In this document: positions 50,465 through 59,264 of the stretch, piece after piece
Numbering within the stretch: position 1 is the stretch's first letter
How the letters are laid out: the number at the start of each line of letters is the position of its first letter
Assembly: GCA_049366695.1 (NCBI GenBank)
Contig: JBMNCR010000089.1
Coordinates: forward strand, 14,358-78,357
Reading direction: 5' to 3'
From: Eubacteriaceae bacterium
Lineage (GTDB): Bacteria; Bacillota; Clostridia; Eubacteriales; Alkalibacteraceae
Length of the DNA: 64,000 bases
Position numbers and translations under genes: made by a program
The notes under the pieces: model-generated
What the model was told of the DNA's origin: nothing
Databases searched by the model: none
The model's input: the letters and a program-made list of their open reading frames with translations, nothing else

Positions 50465-51997
50465 TTATTCAGCAATGACAGTTTCATTGTTGATCAGTTT
50501 ATGTAATGTTATGTTCATTAAAATAATCATAGATTGACTCAAAGAATCAGATAATAAGTCTACTTCTATTTCTTCACCTATTTTCTGCACTCGGTATTTT
50601 AAGCTATTCCGATGCAGACATAATAGATTAGAAGCTTTATGTAGACTTCTTTCGTTCGTCAAATATATATATACGCTGTATAAGAAATCTCGTTCAGTTG
50701 CATTGCCTTTTTCCCATAAGAGTAGGAAAGGTTGATAAATAAAAATATCATTCAACTCACTTGAATGGATAACATCTAATAATATTGGAAATGCATTATC
50801 ATTAAAAGCTGATATTCTCTTTTCTGAATACTGCATGACAATCTTGGCTTGTTTGTATGCGAGATTCAATAAAGTAACATCGTTAAATGGATTCGATATC
50901 CCTACTTTCAAATCTAGATTCTGAAAGAGTTTTTTATCTTCTGAGTCGTTTTGTTTGTTTTGTTTGTCAGATTTTAAGATGATGATCCGATTTTTATAAT
51001 AAAAAATCATGGCTTTATCAAACTCAAGCTGTAACGATGAAATATATTTTCTAAATATTTCTCCGGTAAGTATCAGATCAGAGTTTAAATCACACATGTA
51101 AAGTCGGAAGTATTCCCTTTTTAGCCAAGGATACTGACTCAAAAAATAGTTAAGATGACGTTGCTGATAGTCTTGCAAATTAATAAGCTGTACAAGAATT
51201 TGAGGCGCGATTTCTACGTTGCTTTGATCCCTTGTTTGTAACAGTAAAGAGTTATTAATAAGGTTAGCAATATGTAGCAGCCAGGAAATTTCTTCTGAGT
51301 CAAACCCACCAGTAAATGAAACAGAACTAATATTACCAATAAATTTTCTCTTACTATAGATAGGTAAAATAATATGATCCATACCATCTCTTTTAAAAAC
51401 AAAAAATGATTCTCTATTCTGAATCGTTTGGTTAATATTTTGCATTTCCTCATGTGAATAAATACGCAAATCAATGGCGCCATTTTCAAGAACATTTCTC
51501 CATACTAAGCTTTCCGAAACGTCGGTTCCAACATCAATGAATTCAACCAACTGATAAGAAGTGTCAAATAAAGCAATTGAGTTTTTGATTCGAATGGACT
51601 TTATTTTTAACAAAGCATTTATTGATTTGGACTCAAAAACTATCTGCCTAATTGATTCATTATTCGAATTAAACGCTTGAAGCCATTCTAGGACTTTGAT
51701 ATAGACTGATTCTTTTGTAATTTCTTCCATGAGGATTATTGCTTGCTGGTTTAATCGTTTAATCTCCTTTGACTCTAGCGAACCAATAATAATAAATGAA
51801 TAGTTCAAGGAATTAGTAAAATGGTTGAGATGGTCCTGCATTGTACAAACAATCAAAGTATCTGTTTTTGGCTTAAAGCCGTTTTCTTGAAACAAGGTTA
51901 CTGATGTAAGAGACAGTTGAACTTTGGTTTCAGTTTCAATTATATGCAAGTTCATTCCATTGAATATATCTATCATAAGGTGTAGATTAAAATTCAT
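50465..51997 (-). CDS. PucR family transcriptional regulator (paralog 3)
   Basis: C-terminal HTH SLHKASNLLCLHRNSLKYRVQKI. I prefer the ATG at 51997 (MNFNLHLMIDIF.., RBS AAAGGA), by analogy with paralogs 1 and 4. Confidence 0.8.
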   Translation of the reverse strand: MNFNLHLMIDIFNGMNLHIIETETKVQLSLTSVTLFQENGFKPKTDTLIVCTMQDHLNHFTNSLNYSFIIIGSLESKEIKRLNQQAIILMEEITKESVYIKVLEWLQAFNSNNESIRQIVFESKSINALLKIKSIRIKNSIALFDTSYQLVEFIDVGTDVSESLVWRNVLENGAIDLRIYSHEEMQNINQTIQNRESFFVFKRDGMDHIILPIYSKRKFIGNISSVSFTGGFDSEEISWLLHIANLINNSLLLQTRDQSNVEIAPQILVQLINLQDYQQRHLNYFLSQYPWLKREYFRLYMCDLNSDLILTGEIFRKYISSLQLEFDKAMIFYYKNRIIILKSDKQNKQNDSEDKKLFQNLDLKVGISNPFNDVTLLNLAYKQAKIVMQYSEKRISAFNDNAFPILLDVIHSSELNDIFIYQPFLLLWEKGNATERDFLYSVYIYLTNERSLHKASNLLCLHRNSLKYRVQKIGEEIEVDLLSDSLSQSMIILMNITLHKLINNETVIAE

Positions 51998-52144
51998 AAC
52001 GATCATCCTTTGTTCGAAAGTGAGAAAAAGAACTAAATTTTTCTCCAGTTTTACCAATGCTATTTTTTTTGCTGGCAAGTATACTAATATTATAATCATA
52101 TATATAATTTATTAAAAGTCATATTTAATGAAAGGAAGATTTTT

Positions 52145-53467
52145 ATGTCGAATCAAAATGAAAGAGATGTTATCGGTTACATGCATCAAACCCCAGATGT
52201 TCACTCTTATGCTAATGTATTTGGTAGTCTAAAACCTTGGGAAATTGACCCTTGGCAGGAGGCATCCATGTCATGGAAGGAATCCTCTTACATTCATACA
52301 GGAATTTCAAACTTTGGTGTTCGTTTTAAAGGGTCAGATGCTTTAGAGTTTCTGAGATATGCATCAACCAATAAAGTCGATAATTGGAAAATCAATCGTG
52401 GTAAACACTTGGTTTTTTGTGATGAAAATGGTTTGATTGCTACCCATGCATTAGTTAACCGCTTTGATGAAGATGAGTTTATTATGTACGCCGCAAATCC
52501 TCTTCAAATCTTTAAATTATTGAAACAAAAAGAATATAATATGGAAATGACAATGCCTGACTTCTTTATTTACCAGATGTCAGGTCCGCTGTCCCTTACA
52601 ATTATTGAAAAAGCCCTTGGTCAAGACTTGCATGATGTAAAGTTTTTAGAAAACAGAAAAGTGTACTTTCCACAGTTAGGCATTGAGGTTGAAGTTCAAC
52701 GTATTGGAATGTCAGGCACTTTAGCTTACGAAGTGAAAGGAGAGGGCAAGAGCGGTCCGGATGTTTATGATGCTCTCTATGAAGCCGGAAAACCTATGGG
52801 ATTAAAACGTCTTGGTTGGAGAACCTATATGCTCAATCACACAGAAGGAGGTTACCCTCAAGGAAATGGCAGTTTCGCTTACTCTGTTGATTATGATCCT
52901 GAATTAACCCCTTATGGTGGTGAGGCTTTGAATATGGGTAGTGTGGATCCAAAAGATTTACGTGCAAGAATGCGTACACCTTTTGAAGTTGATTGGGCTT
53001 GGATGGTTGATTTTAATAAAGGTGACTTCGTTGGGAAAGAAGCGTTAGAAAAAGAACGTGATAATCAAAAACGTAGGATTGTCACACTAAAATGGAATGT
53101 AGATGATATTGTAGATATTTATCGCTCACTTTATGAAAAGGATGAAGAAGCATATAAATACATGGAATATCCAATAGGCTATTTACAGCCAAGTGGTGGA
53201 AATGCTGACCTCGTATTAGATAAAGAGGGCAATCTTATCGGCATATCAAGTATTGTTGCTTATTCTAATTATTATCGTGAAACTATTTCGCAGTGTATTA
53301 TGGATATTGACAAGATTGAAGAAGGCAAAGAAGTTATCGTTCAATGGGGAGATTACGGACACCGTATCAAAAACGTCAGAGCAGAAATAGTTCGATACCC
53401 TTATTCAACATTAATAGAGAACAAAGACTACGATTTAAGTACTGTGCCAAAAGGAACAGAAGTGTAA
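52145..53467 (+). CDS. GcvT-family, tetrahydrofolate-dependent aminomethyl/methyl-transferase, long LigM/DesA-like form (paralog 2)
   Basis: 440 aa. Motifs RIGMSGTLAYEVKG and DFNKGDFVGKEALEK, plus the C-terminal segment KRRIVTLKWNVDDIVDIYRSLY..EEAYKYMEYP, characteristic of the long O-demethylase-like subgroup. Confidence 0.7.
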   Translation: MSNQNERDVIGYMHQTPDVHSYANVFGSLKPWEIDPWQEASMSWKESSYIHTGISNFGVRFKGSDALEFLRYASTNKVDNWKINRGKHLVFCDENGLIATHALVNRFDEDEFIMYAANPLQIFKLLKQKEYNMEMTMPDFFIYQMSGPLSLTIIEKALGQDLHDVKFLENRKVYFPQLGIEVEVQRIGMSGTLAYEVKGEGKSGPDVYDALYEAGKPMGLKRLGWRTYMLNHTEGGYPQGNGSFAYSVDYDPELTPYGGEALNMGSVDPKDLRARMRTPFEVDWAWMVDFNKGDFVGKEALEKERDNQKRRIVTLKWNVDDIVDIYRSLYEKDEEAYKYMEYPIGYLQPSGGNADLVLDKEGNLIGISSIVAYSNYYRETISQCIMDIDKIEEGKEVIVQWGDYGHRIKNVRAEIVRYPYSTLIENKDYDLSTVPKGTEV

Positions 53468-53600
53468 GGTGTTGAGAGCTCTATTCGAGGGATCTAATAC
53501 CTGTGAGATTGCAATTACCATTAATTATAATAGAAATAAGGTAGCTAAAGCAGATTGTATCTATATGGTAGAATTACATAAAGCAACAAAGACTATGTAT

Positions 53601-53630
53601 AAGGGAGTCTAAACTCCCTTGTTTTTTTTT
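53601..53630 (+). terminator. Rho-independent terminator
   Basis: AAGGGAGT ctaa ACTCCCTT followed by GTTTTTTTTT. Confidence 0.85.
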
Positions 53631-53644
53631 AAAGATAAAGAAAA

Positions 53645-53846
53645 CCCCCGGTTCTACCGGGGGATAAAAAGCTTTAGCTATGAGTGTGTTTTTTTACCTA
53701 TTTTTGATAAAATTATTTTGGTTCGCCAACCAAAAATAACAAAATCAAAATAAGGATCCGAAATGGATAAAAATAGTTTATCACATACAACATGAAATTG
53801 TAAATATCATATAGTATTTGCCACCCAGCTCAGTGGTGTAAGATAA
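53645..53846 (+). mobile_element. IS200/IS605-family remnant: end hairpin plus a truncated tnpA start
   Basis: CCCCCGG ttcta CCGGGGG hairpin, then MDKNSLSHTT*NCKYHIVFA. The conserved TnpA opening, as I recall it, is SLSHTKWNCKYHIVFAP. The Trp codon is now TGA and the frame is lost after about 25 codons. Confidence 0.6.
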
Positions 53847-53906
53847 ATGGTGTAAACTTCTGAAATGATATAAAATAAAAAAATCATTTAGGAGGATTAT
53901 ACCATT

Positions 53907-54350
53907 ATGACGTTAATAGACAAAAGAGAAGTAAGAAAATTGATGAAGGAAGGTAAGTAAAAAGATATGACAGTTATTCAAAGGTATATAGTGCACGTAA
54001 TTCGTAATTCAACGAGATATTTATCTTATAAAGATAGAAAAGTCTTTGTATCTGATTTAAAGCCCGTATATACAGCTATTGATGAAACCCAAACATTAGA
54101 AGCTCTATCAAATCTTGAAGAAAAATAGGGAGAAAAATATTATATTGCTATAAAACTTTGGAAAGATCATTGGAATGAAATAGCCACTATGTTTAAATAT
54201 CCTTAAGATATAAGAAGACTAATATATACAACAAATGCAATTGAAAGCTTTAATAGGCAGCTAAGGAAAGTAACTAAGTCAAAGAGCGTTTTTCCAACAG
54301 ATGAATCACTTTAAAAAATGTTATATTTAGCTTCATTAGTTAAGATTTGA
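53907..54350 (+). mobile_element. IS256-family (Mutator-like) transposase pseudogene, internally deleted, with three nonsense codons
   Basis: VIQRYIVHVIRNS..KDRKVFVSDLKPVYTA...EEK*GEKY...[52 protein letters not shown] matches the conserved C-terminal third of IS256 transposases. Confidence 0.75.
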
Positions 54351-54862
54351 TTTGTTTTGGGCTTGGATTTATCATAATAGCATGGAACTCCATGAACCAC
54401 CAGCATGTACTGGATTTTATCTTTCTATTTTGCATTACATAACTGATATAAAAACTCATCTTTTAATAATTTAATTTAATTTTCAATGACTTCTGGGCAG
54501 TAATAGTTGAGAATTTCATAATTCTTCTATAATCTCCGGTATATAGAATTACACCCTTAATTGGAATTGTTTTTACAAGGGTAAGAGTATTGTGCGCGCT
54601 GATGCGAATCATATTTCATCTGCACAGCGGAAGAACACAATCGTAGACTATTTGCGACACCCAGAGTTTTTGGATATAAAATCAGTAGGCAGATTAATTA
54701 AAATAGTAAACGAAGTAATAATTATCATTTATCCGTAATTTTTATTGTGATATGACTATATTTGTGATAAATTTAATATAAAGACTGTGTAATAACAAGG
54801 TGTAAATTTTAGATATGTTTGTTATAGACCATACAAACTGTAGGAGTGGAGGAAATTAATCT

Positions 54863-56482
54863 ATGAAACTTAATGCAGATATCATATATGACAATCTCAG
54901 CCAATCCGTTATGATGGAGAGCTATGGTCACAAAAAAAAGGAACTCACACTTAAAAGACCTGAGTTCTATAATGGTTTAAGCCGCGAATTCAAATCCAAT
55001 CATATTTATATATCACTTGTTGACCGGCTCCATTTAGATCCAGTTTTTGGAGATGATGTTGTGGTTATCAGTGTTGGAGGCAATCCACCCATAACATATT
55101 TGGTTGATAAATGTGTTTGCTTCTCAATATTAGATAATACCGATTTATTGACTATTTTTAATTTAGTGCAGCAGATATTTGATAAATATGATGATTGGGA
55201 TACCGGGTTACAGAATATTATAGACACTACTGGAAGCATTAAGGAAATTGTTGAGCTTAGTTTTACTATATTTGGAAACCCGATTATTGTACTAGATCCT
55301 AACTTTAGATATCTAGCATATAGCAGCATTATTGATACTCAAGATGAACTAGCAAATTATCGTCCTGATAAAAATGGCACCATGCTTCTGAATTCGTTTA
55401 GTAAATTTGACAATAGCTATGGGACGAAAATATTTGCGAGGGAGCCATTATTACTGTCTTCACAGGAAGTAAAATATTTCATTATCAACCTCTTTGAAAA
55501 GAATGACTACGCCGGTAGTTTGACAATTCCATTTATTATCCAAAATCAACGACAGAGTGATATTGCACTGGCCCAATATTTGGCAAAAGTTATTGAAAAT
55601 TCACTGAAAAAAAATTCCACGATATTAAGCTCTAATGCGAATATTCTAAAGAGAATCCTTCAGGATCTACTAAATTGCTTTCCCATAGATTCAACCAAGA
55701 TGCACTATTTAAAGGATGATAGATTTACTGGGAAGTATATCTGCATTAAAATGTTTCTTGGATATCGTTCAAATAAGGTACCAGTTGAGTACATATGTAA
55801 TCATATAGAAAGTTACTTTTCTGGTTGTGTAGCTTTTGAATATGAATCAGTAATTGTAACATTTATTAATCTTGAAAAGATTTTTTGCGACGAAAAGATA
55901 CTAATAGACAAGATGAAAAAATTACTGCAGACAATGAATTTAAAAGCCGGTGCTAGTCATTCTTTTACTGATCTGTCAATGGCTCGACTTTATTACCGGC
56001 AAGCATGTATTGCTTTTGAAATGGGATCCTCAATCAACCTTGATCATATCTTTTACAAATTTGACGATTACGTTTTGATGTATATGATGTCACATTGTAT
56101 GGGTGAATTTCCTATAGATATTTTATTAACAAATGGCGTTTGTAAGCTTATAGAACATGATTTGACGTCGGACACTAATTATTTAAATACGCTGCGTACC
56201 TACTTGAATAACAATATGAATATAACCAAAACTGCAAAGGATCTCTATGTACATCGTAGTACCTTTTTGGAACGATTAAAACGCATCAAAAGATTATTAC
56301 AAATTGATTTAGAAGATCCCGACCAGAGGCTTCGTCTTCTAGTCGCACTTAAAATCATTGAGACTAATGAAAAAGTCAAAACTAAAATAAACAATATTGA
56401 ATTGATTGATCAAAATGGTTTTAATTCGGAAGATTCAAAAAAGTTACTAGAATTAGAAAGCATTTATAAAGAAAATCCTTAG
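54863..56482 (+). CDS. PucR family transcriptional regulator (paralog 4)
   Basis: N-terminus parallels paralog 1 (MKLNADIIYDNL versus MHLSLSIIKERL). C-terminal HTH ITKTAKDLYVHRSTFLERLKRI. Confidence 0.85.
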   Translation: MKLNADIIYDNLSQSVMMESYGHKKKELTLKRPEFYNGLSREFKSNHIYISLVDRLHLDPVFGDDVVVISVGGNPPITYLVDKCVCFSILDNTDLLTIFNLVQQIFDKYDDWDTGLQNIIDTTGSIKEIVELSFTIFGNPIIVLDPNFRYLAYSSIIDTQDELANYRPDKNGTMLLNSFSKFDNSYGTKIFAREPLLLSSQEVKYFIINLFEKNDYAGSLTIPFIIQNQRQSDIALAQYLAKVIENSLKKNSTILSSNANILKRILQDLLNCFPIDSTKMHYLKDDRFTGKYICIKMFLGYRSNKVPVEYICNHIESYFSGCVAFEYESVIVTFINLEKIFCDEKILIDKMKKLLQTMNLKAGASHSFTDLSMARLYYRQACIAFEMGSSINLDHIFYKFDDYVLMYMMSHCMGEFPIDILLTNGVCKLIEHDLTSDTNYLNTLRTYLNNNMNITKTAKDLYVHRSTFLERLKRIKRLLQIDLEDPDQRLRLLVALKIIETNEKVKTKINNIELIDQNGFNSEDSKKLLELESIYKENP

Positions 56483-56526
56483 TAACAAGTTGATAATCCG
56501 CAAGAATTAACTTAATACTAAAGATT

Positions 56527-56573
56527 AACAGCCTCCTTTTTACAGATGATTTACCTGTAAAAAGGAGGCTGTT
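56527..56573 (+). terminator. Long perfect hairpin (19-bp stem) after PucR paralog 4
   Basis: AACAGCCTCCTTTTTACAG atgatttac CTGTAAAAAGGAGGCTGTT with a weak T tract downstream. Confidence 0.6.
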
Positions 56574-57105
56574 ATTGTTATTCAATTTATTCGGGTTCCA
56601 ATATGGAAATGCTTATTTTTATAATTTATAGGCTATGAATTTAATTCCAAGCTGATATGAACTCCAGGAAGTGGTGTTTTATAAATTAGTGTAGGATTAC
56701 ATCAAGTTACATTAAACATCTTTCTTTCATACCCAATAGCTACAAAATGTAGGTGTCAAGTCAAAATAATCGGTATAACTTGAAGGATTTACAATATTTA
56801 AGATGAGATGTAGTATAAATTTAAACTAAGCAAACTACAATTGCCGTCAACAATAGTAGATTTGCTTTGTAAATTTTTATTTTAAAGGAGGGATAAAAGA
56901 CAATATTGGAACATGGATTTCTGTAGACATCGGTTCTGTGTCCTTGAAAATCATCCACAAGTATAGACCCCATGGGAAAACTCATGTCCCACAAGTAACT
57001 TATGGCATTACCCTAGAGCAATATCCACAAGGATGTTGCAGCAGCATACATGGCTGGGCTGGAGGGTAAACAAGCAGTAAAAATTTTTTATGGAGGTGTT
57101 TAATT

Positions 57106-57921
57106 ATGATTTGTAATCGATTTGAAAATAAGGTCGTATTAGTCGTTGGCGCGGGTGCCGGTATGGGCGAAGCAACTGCATTGCAATTTCTCAAAGAGGG
57201 TGCAAAAGTTATAGCTCTTGACATGTACAAGGATCGACTGGATCGACTTGAGGGGCAGGCTAATGGATTGAATGGTAGTCTTGAGATGTACCTTGGCGAC
57301 ATCACAGATGTCAAAACGGTGGAAGGCGTAGTCGACGTCATCACAAGGAAATATGGCACACTGGATTGTCTTGCTCATGTGGCAGGAGTTATGGATTTTA
57401 TGCTTACACCTGACATTTTGACTGATGAGATGTGGGATCGTGTCATGGATATCAACGTCAAGAGTGTATGGCGCATGGTCAAAACGGCTATGCCCCTTCT
57501 GAAAAACCATGAGGGTGATGCTGGGAGTGTTGCTATTGTTTCTTCACTCGGTGGATATGTGGGATCCTCATCTGGTACTGCATATATTGTTTCTAAGCAC
57601 GCTGTGGAGGGACTCATGAAGAATCTCGCTTTCTCTTATAGAGAGAATAATGTCCGTATAAACTGCGTAGCACCAGGTGCAATTGCTTCCGAAATTGTTG
57701 GTACTTCCGCACGTATGTTCCCCGAGTTAGAATATGATGCAGGATTATGCCCTGAAGGTATGGAAATCTATTTAGAAAATGGTATTGGACTAGTAAGACC
57801 AGATGATGCCTATGGAGAATCACAGGATATCGCTGATGCCATAACTTTCCTGTGCTCCCAGCAGGCCAAATTCATCAATGGGTCAAGTCTCATTGTTGAC
57901 GGTGGTTGGTACAGTGCATAA
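57106..57921 (+). CDS. Short-chain dehydrogenase/reductase (SDR)
   Basis: VVGAGAGMGEA cofactor motif, YIVSKHA catalytic YxxxK and NCVAPGAI. Clearly higher GC than the backbone. Confidence 0.9.
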   Translation: MICNRFENKVVLVVGAGAGMGEATALQFLKEGAKVIALDMYKDRLDRLEGQANGLNGSLEMYLGDITDVKTVEGVVDVITRKYGTLDCLAHVAGVMDFMLTPDILTDEMWDRVMDINVKSVWRMVKTAMPLLKNHEGDAGSVAIVSSLGGYVGSSSGTAYIVSKHAVEGLMKNLAFSYRENNVRINCVAPGAIASEIVGTSARMFPELEYDAGLCPEGMEIYLENGIGLVRPDDAYGESQDIADAITFLCSQQAKFINGSSLIVDGGWYSA

Positions 57922-57989
57922 ACACCAGGATCAAACGGCATTATGTGTAAAATTGACATTATCAACTATTTTAGAAAAGGAGAAGGAAA

Positions 57990-59228
57990 ATGAATAAAAA
58001 AATAGATAAACGACTTCCAAGAGAAACCGGCAAAGACGTGATGCCCGAGCATGCGGCGATTAAAACTCCATGGGAAAAGCTGGTTTCATATCATGATGCG
58101 GCACACTACGCAAATCGTTACAATGCAGTAATCAGCGCCGCCATGTTGCAAGCATTACGAATTCTCGTACCCGACTATGTAGAAAGAGTTAAGGCTATGT
58201 GCAAAAATGCCTATGACAGAGTAAAAACACCATTTCTTACCCCTTACGGCGAAATGATGAAAGACGATCTCAATACCCATCCGTTTTTCAGGGGTAACTT
58301 CGTCGGTGCCCAAGTCGGCGACTTCGGCGACGAGTGCCTGCTTATGTGCGGTCGTGTCAATGACTTCGGCACTTACCGTGTGGAAAAGGAACTGGATACC
58401 TGTCCCTGGGATATCTTAGGATCTGAGATGGGTCGCGCCACCACCCAGTCGCTTTTAGGTAGCGCCGATGGACTAGCAACCTGGCTGCCATCTGGACCCA
58501 AACTTGATTATCATATGGTTGAAGCAAAGTGCTGTGGTGATCTTCACTGCCGAGTCGTGGCTGAAAGTCGCGATAAATTCCCAATGCCGCCCCATGAGCA
58601 GTGGGAATGTTATGGACCTATTGCCACAGACGATCAGATCAAATTCACGCCCGAAGAGGATTGTATGAAGGAACCCATGGTATTTCAAGAGGATTGCAAC
58701 TATAAATATGTTAACGGCACGTGTATGGAGAGTGATTCCAAGAGCCTATATCCAATGACTTATCAGTCGAATGGGACGTGCTATATCACACCGACAATCA
58801 ATGACTTAATCAATGATGGCACGGTTGACGAAAAATTTGCTGATCATGTGATTAAATGCGTATGCGAAGCTGCGGGCAAGGCTGCCTTTGGCGAGTTCTA
58901 TTCGAAGGAAGGCCTACGTAGCTGGCTCGGTGTTCCCCGGGACATCGACGACGGACGCGTCATGGGCGCCCATATTGAGATGTATCTGCAAAGCATGATA
59001 GCCGACTACACAGTCGAAGCATTCAATGCTGACGAGGTTATTTATGTAATTGACCGCACCAATCTGTCCTTCGCAGGCCCGAGATATATAGACGCATTGA
59101 TATCCACATGGTACGGCATGACTAAAACCCTTGTCAATGCTCAGTGGGCGCTGTGGGAAGAAGCTGGAGAAACCTCTGAGGATCAACTCCGTATCAAGAT
59201 TGCCAAGAAAGTTGACAAGTTATGTTGA
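57990..59228 (+). CDS. Cysteine-rich protein of unknown function (412 aa)
   Basis: Good RBS (AAAGGAGAAGG). Sits between the SDR and GcvT genes with 68-nt and 36-nt gaps. Cys motifs: TCPWD, KCCGDLHCRVV, WECYG, CNYKYVNGTC and KCVCEAAG. It bears only a loose resemblance to ATC-hydrolase-like proteins (xCPxxx...GDxxCxxxx). Confidence 0.7.
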   Translation: MNKKIDKRLPRETGKDVMPEHAAIKTPWEKLVSYHDAAHYANRYNAVISAAMLQALRILVPDYVERVKAMCKNAYDRVKTPFLTPYGEMMKDDLNTHPFFRGNFVGAQVGDFGDECLLMCGRVNDFGTYRVEKELDTCPWDILGSEMGRATTQSLLGSADGLATWLPSGPKLDYHMVEAKCCGDLHCRVVAESRDKFPMPPHEQWECYGPIATDDQIKFTPEEDCMKEPMVFQEDCNYKYVNGTCMESDSKSLYPMTYQSNGTCYITPTINDLINDGTVDEKFADHVIKCVCEAAGKAAFGEFYSKEGLRSWLGVPRDIDDGRVMGAHIEMYLQSMIADYTVEAFNADEVIYVIDRTNLSFAGPRYIDALISTWYGMTKTLVNAQWALWEEAGETSEDQLRIKIAKKVDKLC

Positions 59229-59264
59229 CGATTATATTTCATATAAGAAAGGAGCATACCGTTT

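Noticed and set aside
54560-54700. The locally GC-richer patch ..GGGTAAGAGTATTGTGCGCGCTGATGCGAATCATATTTCATCTGCACAGCGGAAGAACACAATCG.. upstream of PucR paralog 4, as a gene fragment or RNA.
   Set aside because: Translations in all frames are short and unrecognisable (for example ..RADANHISSAQRKNTIVDYLRHPEFLD..). No pairing partner or repeat was found. It is probably more decayed coding debris, but I cannot support that.
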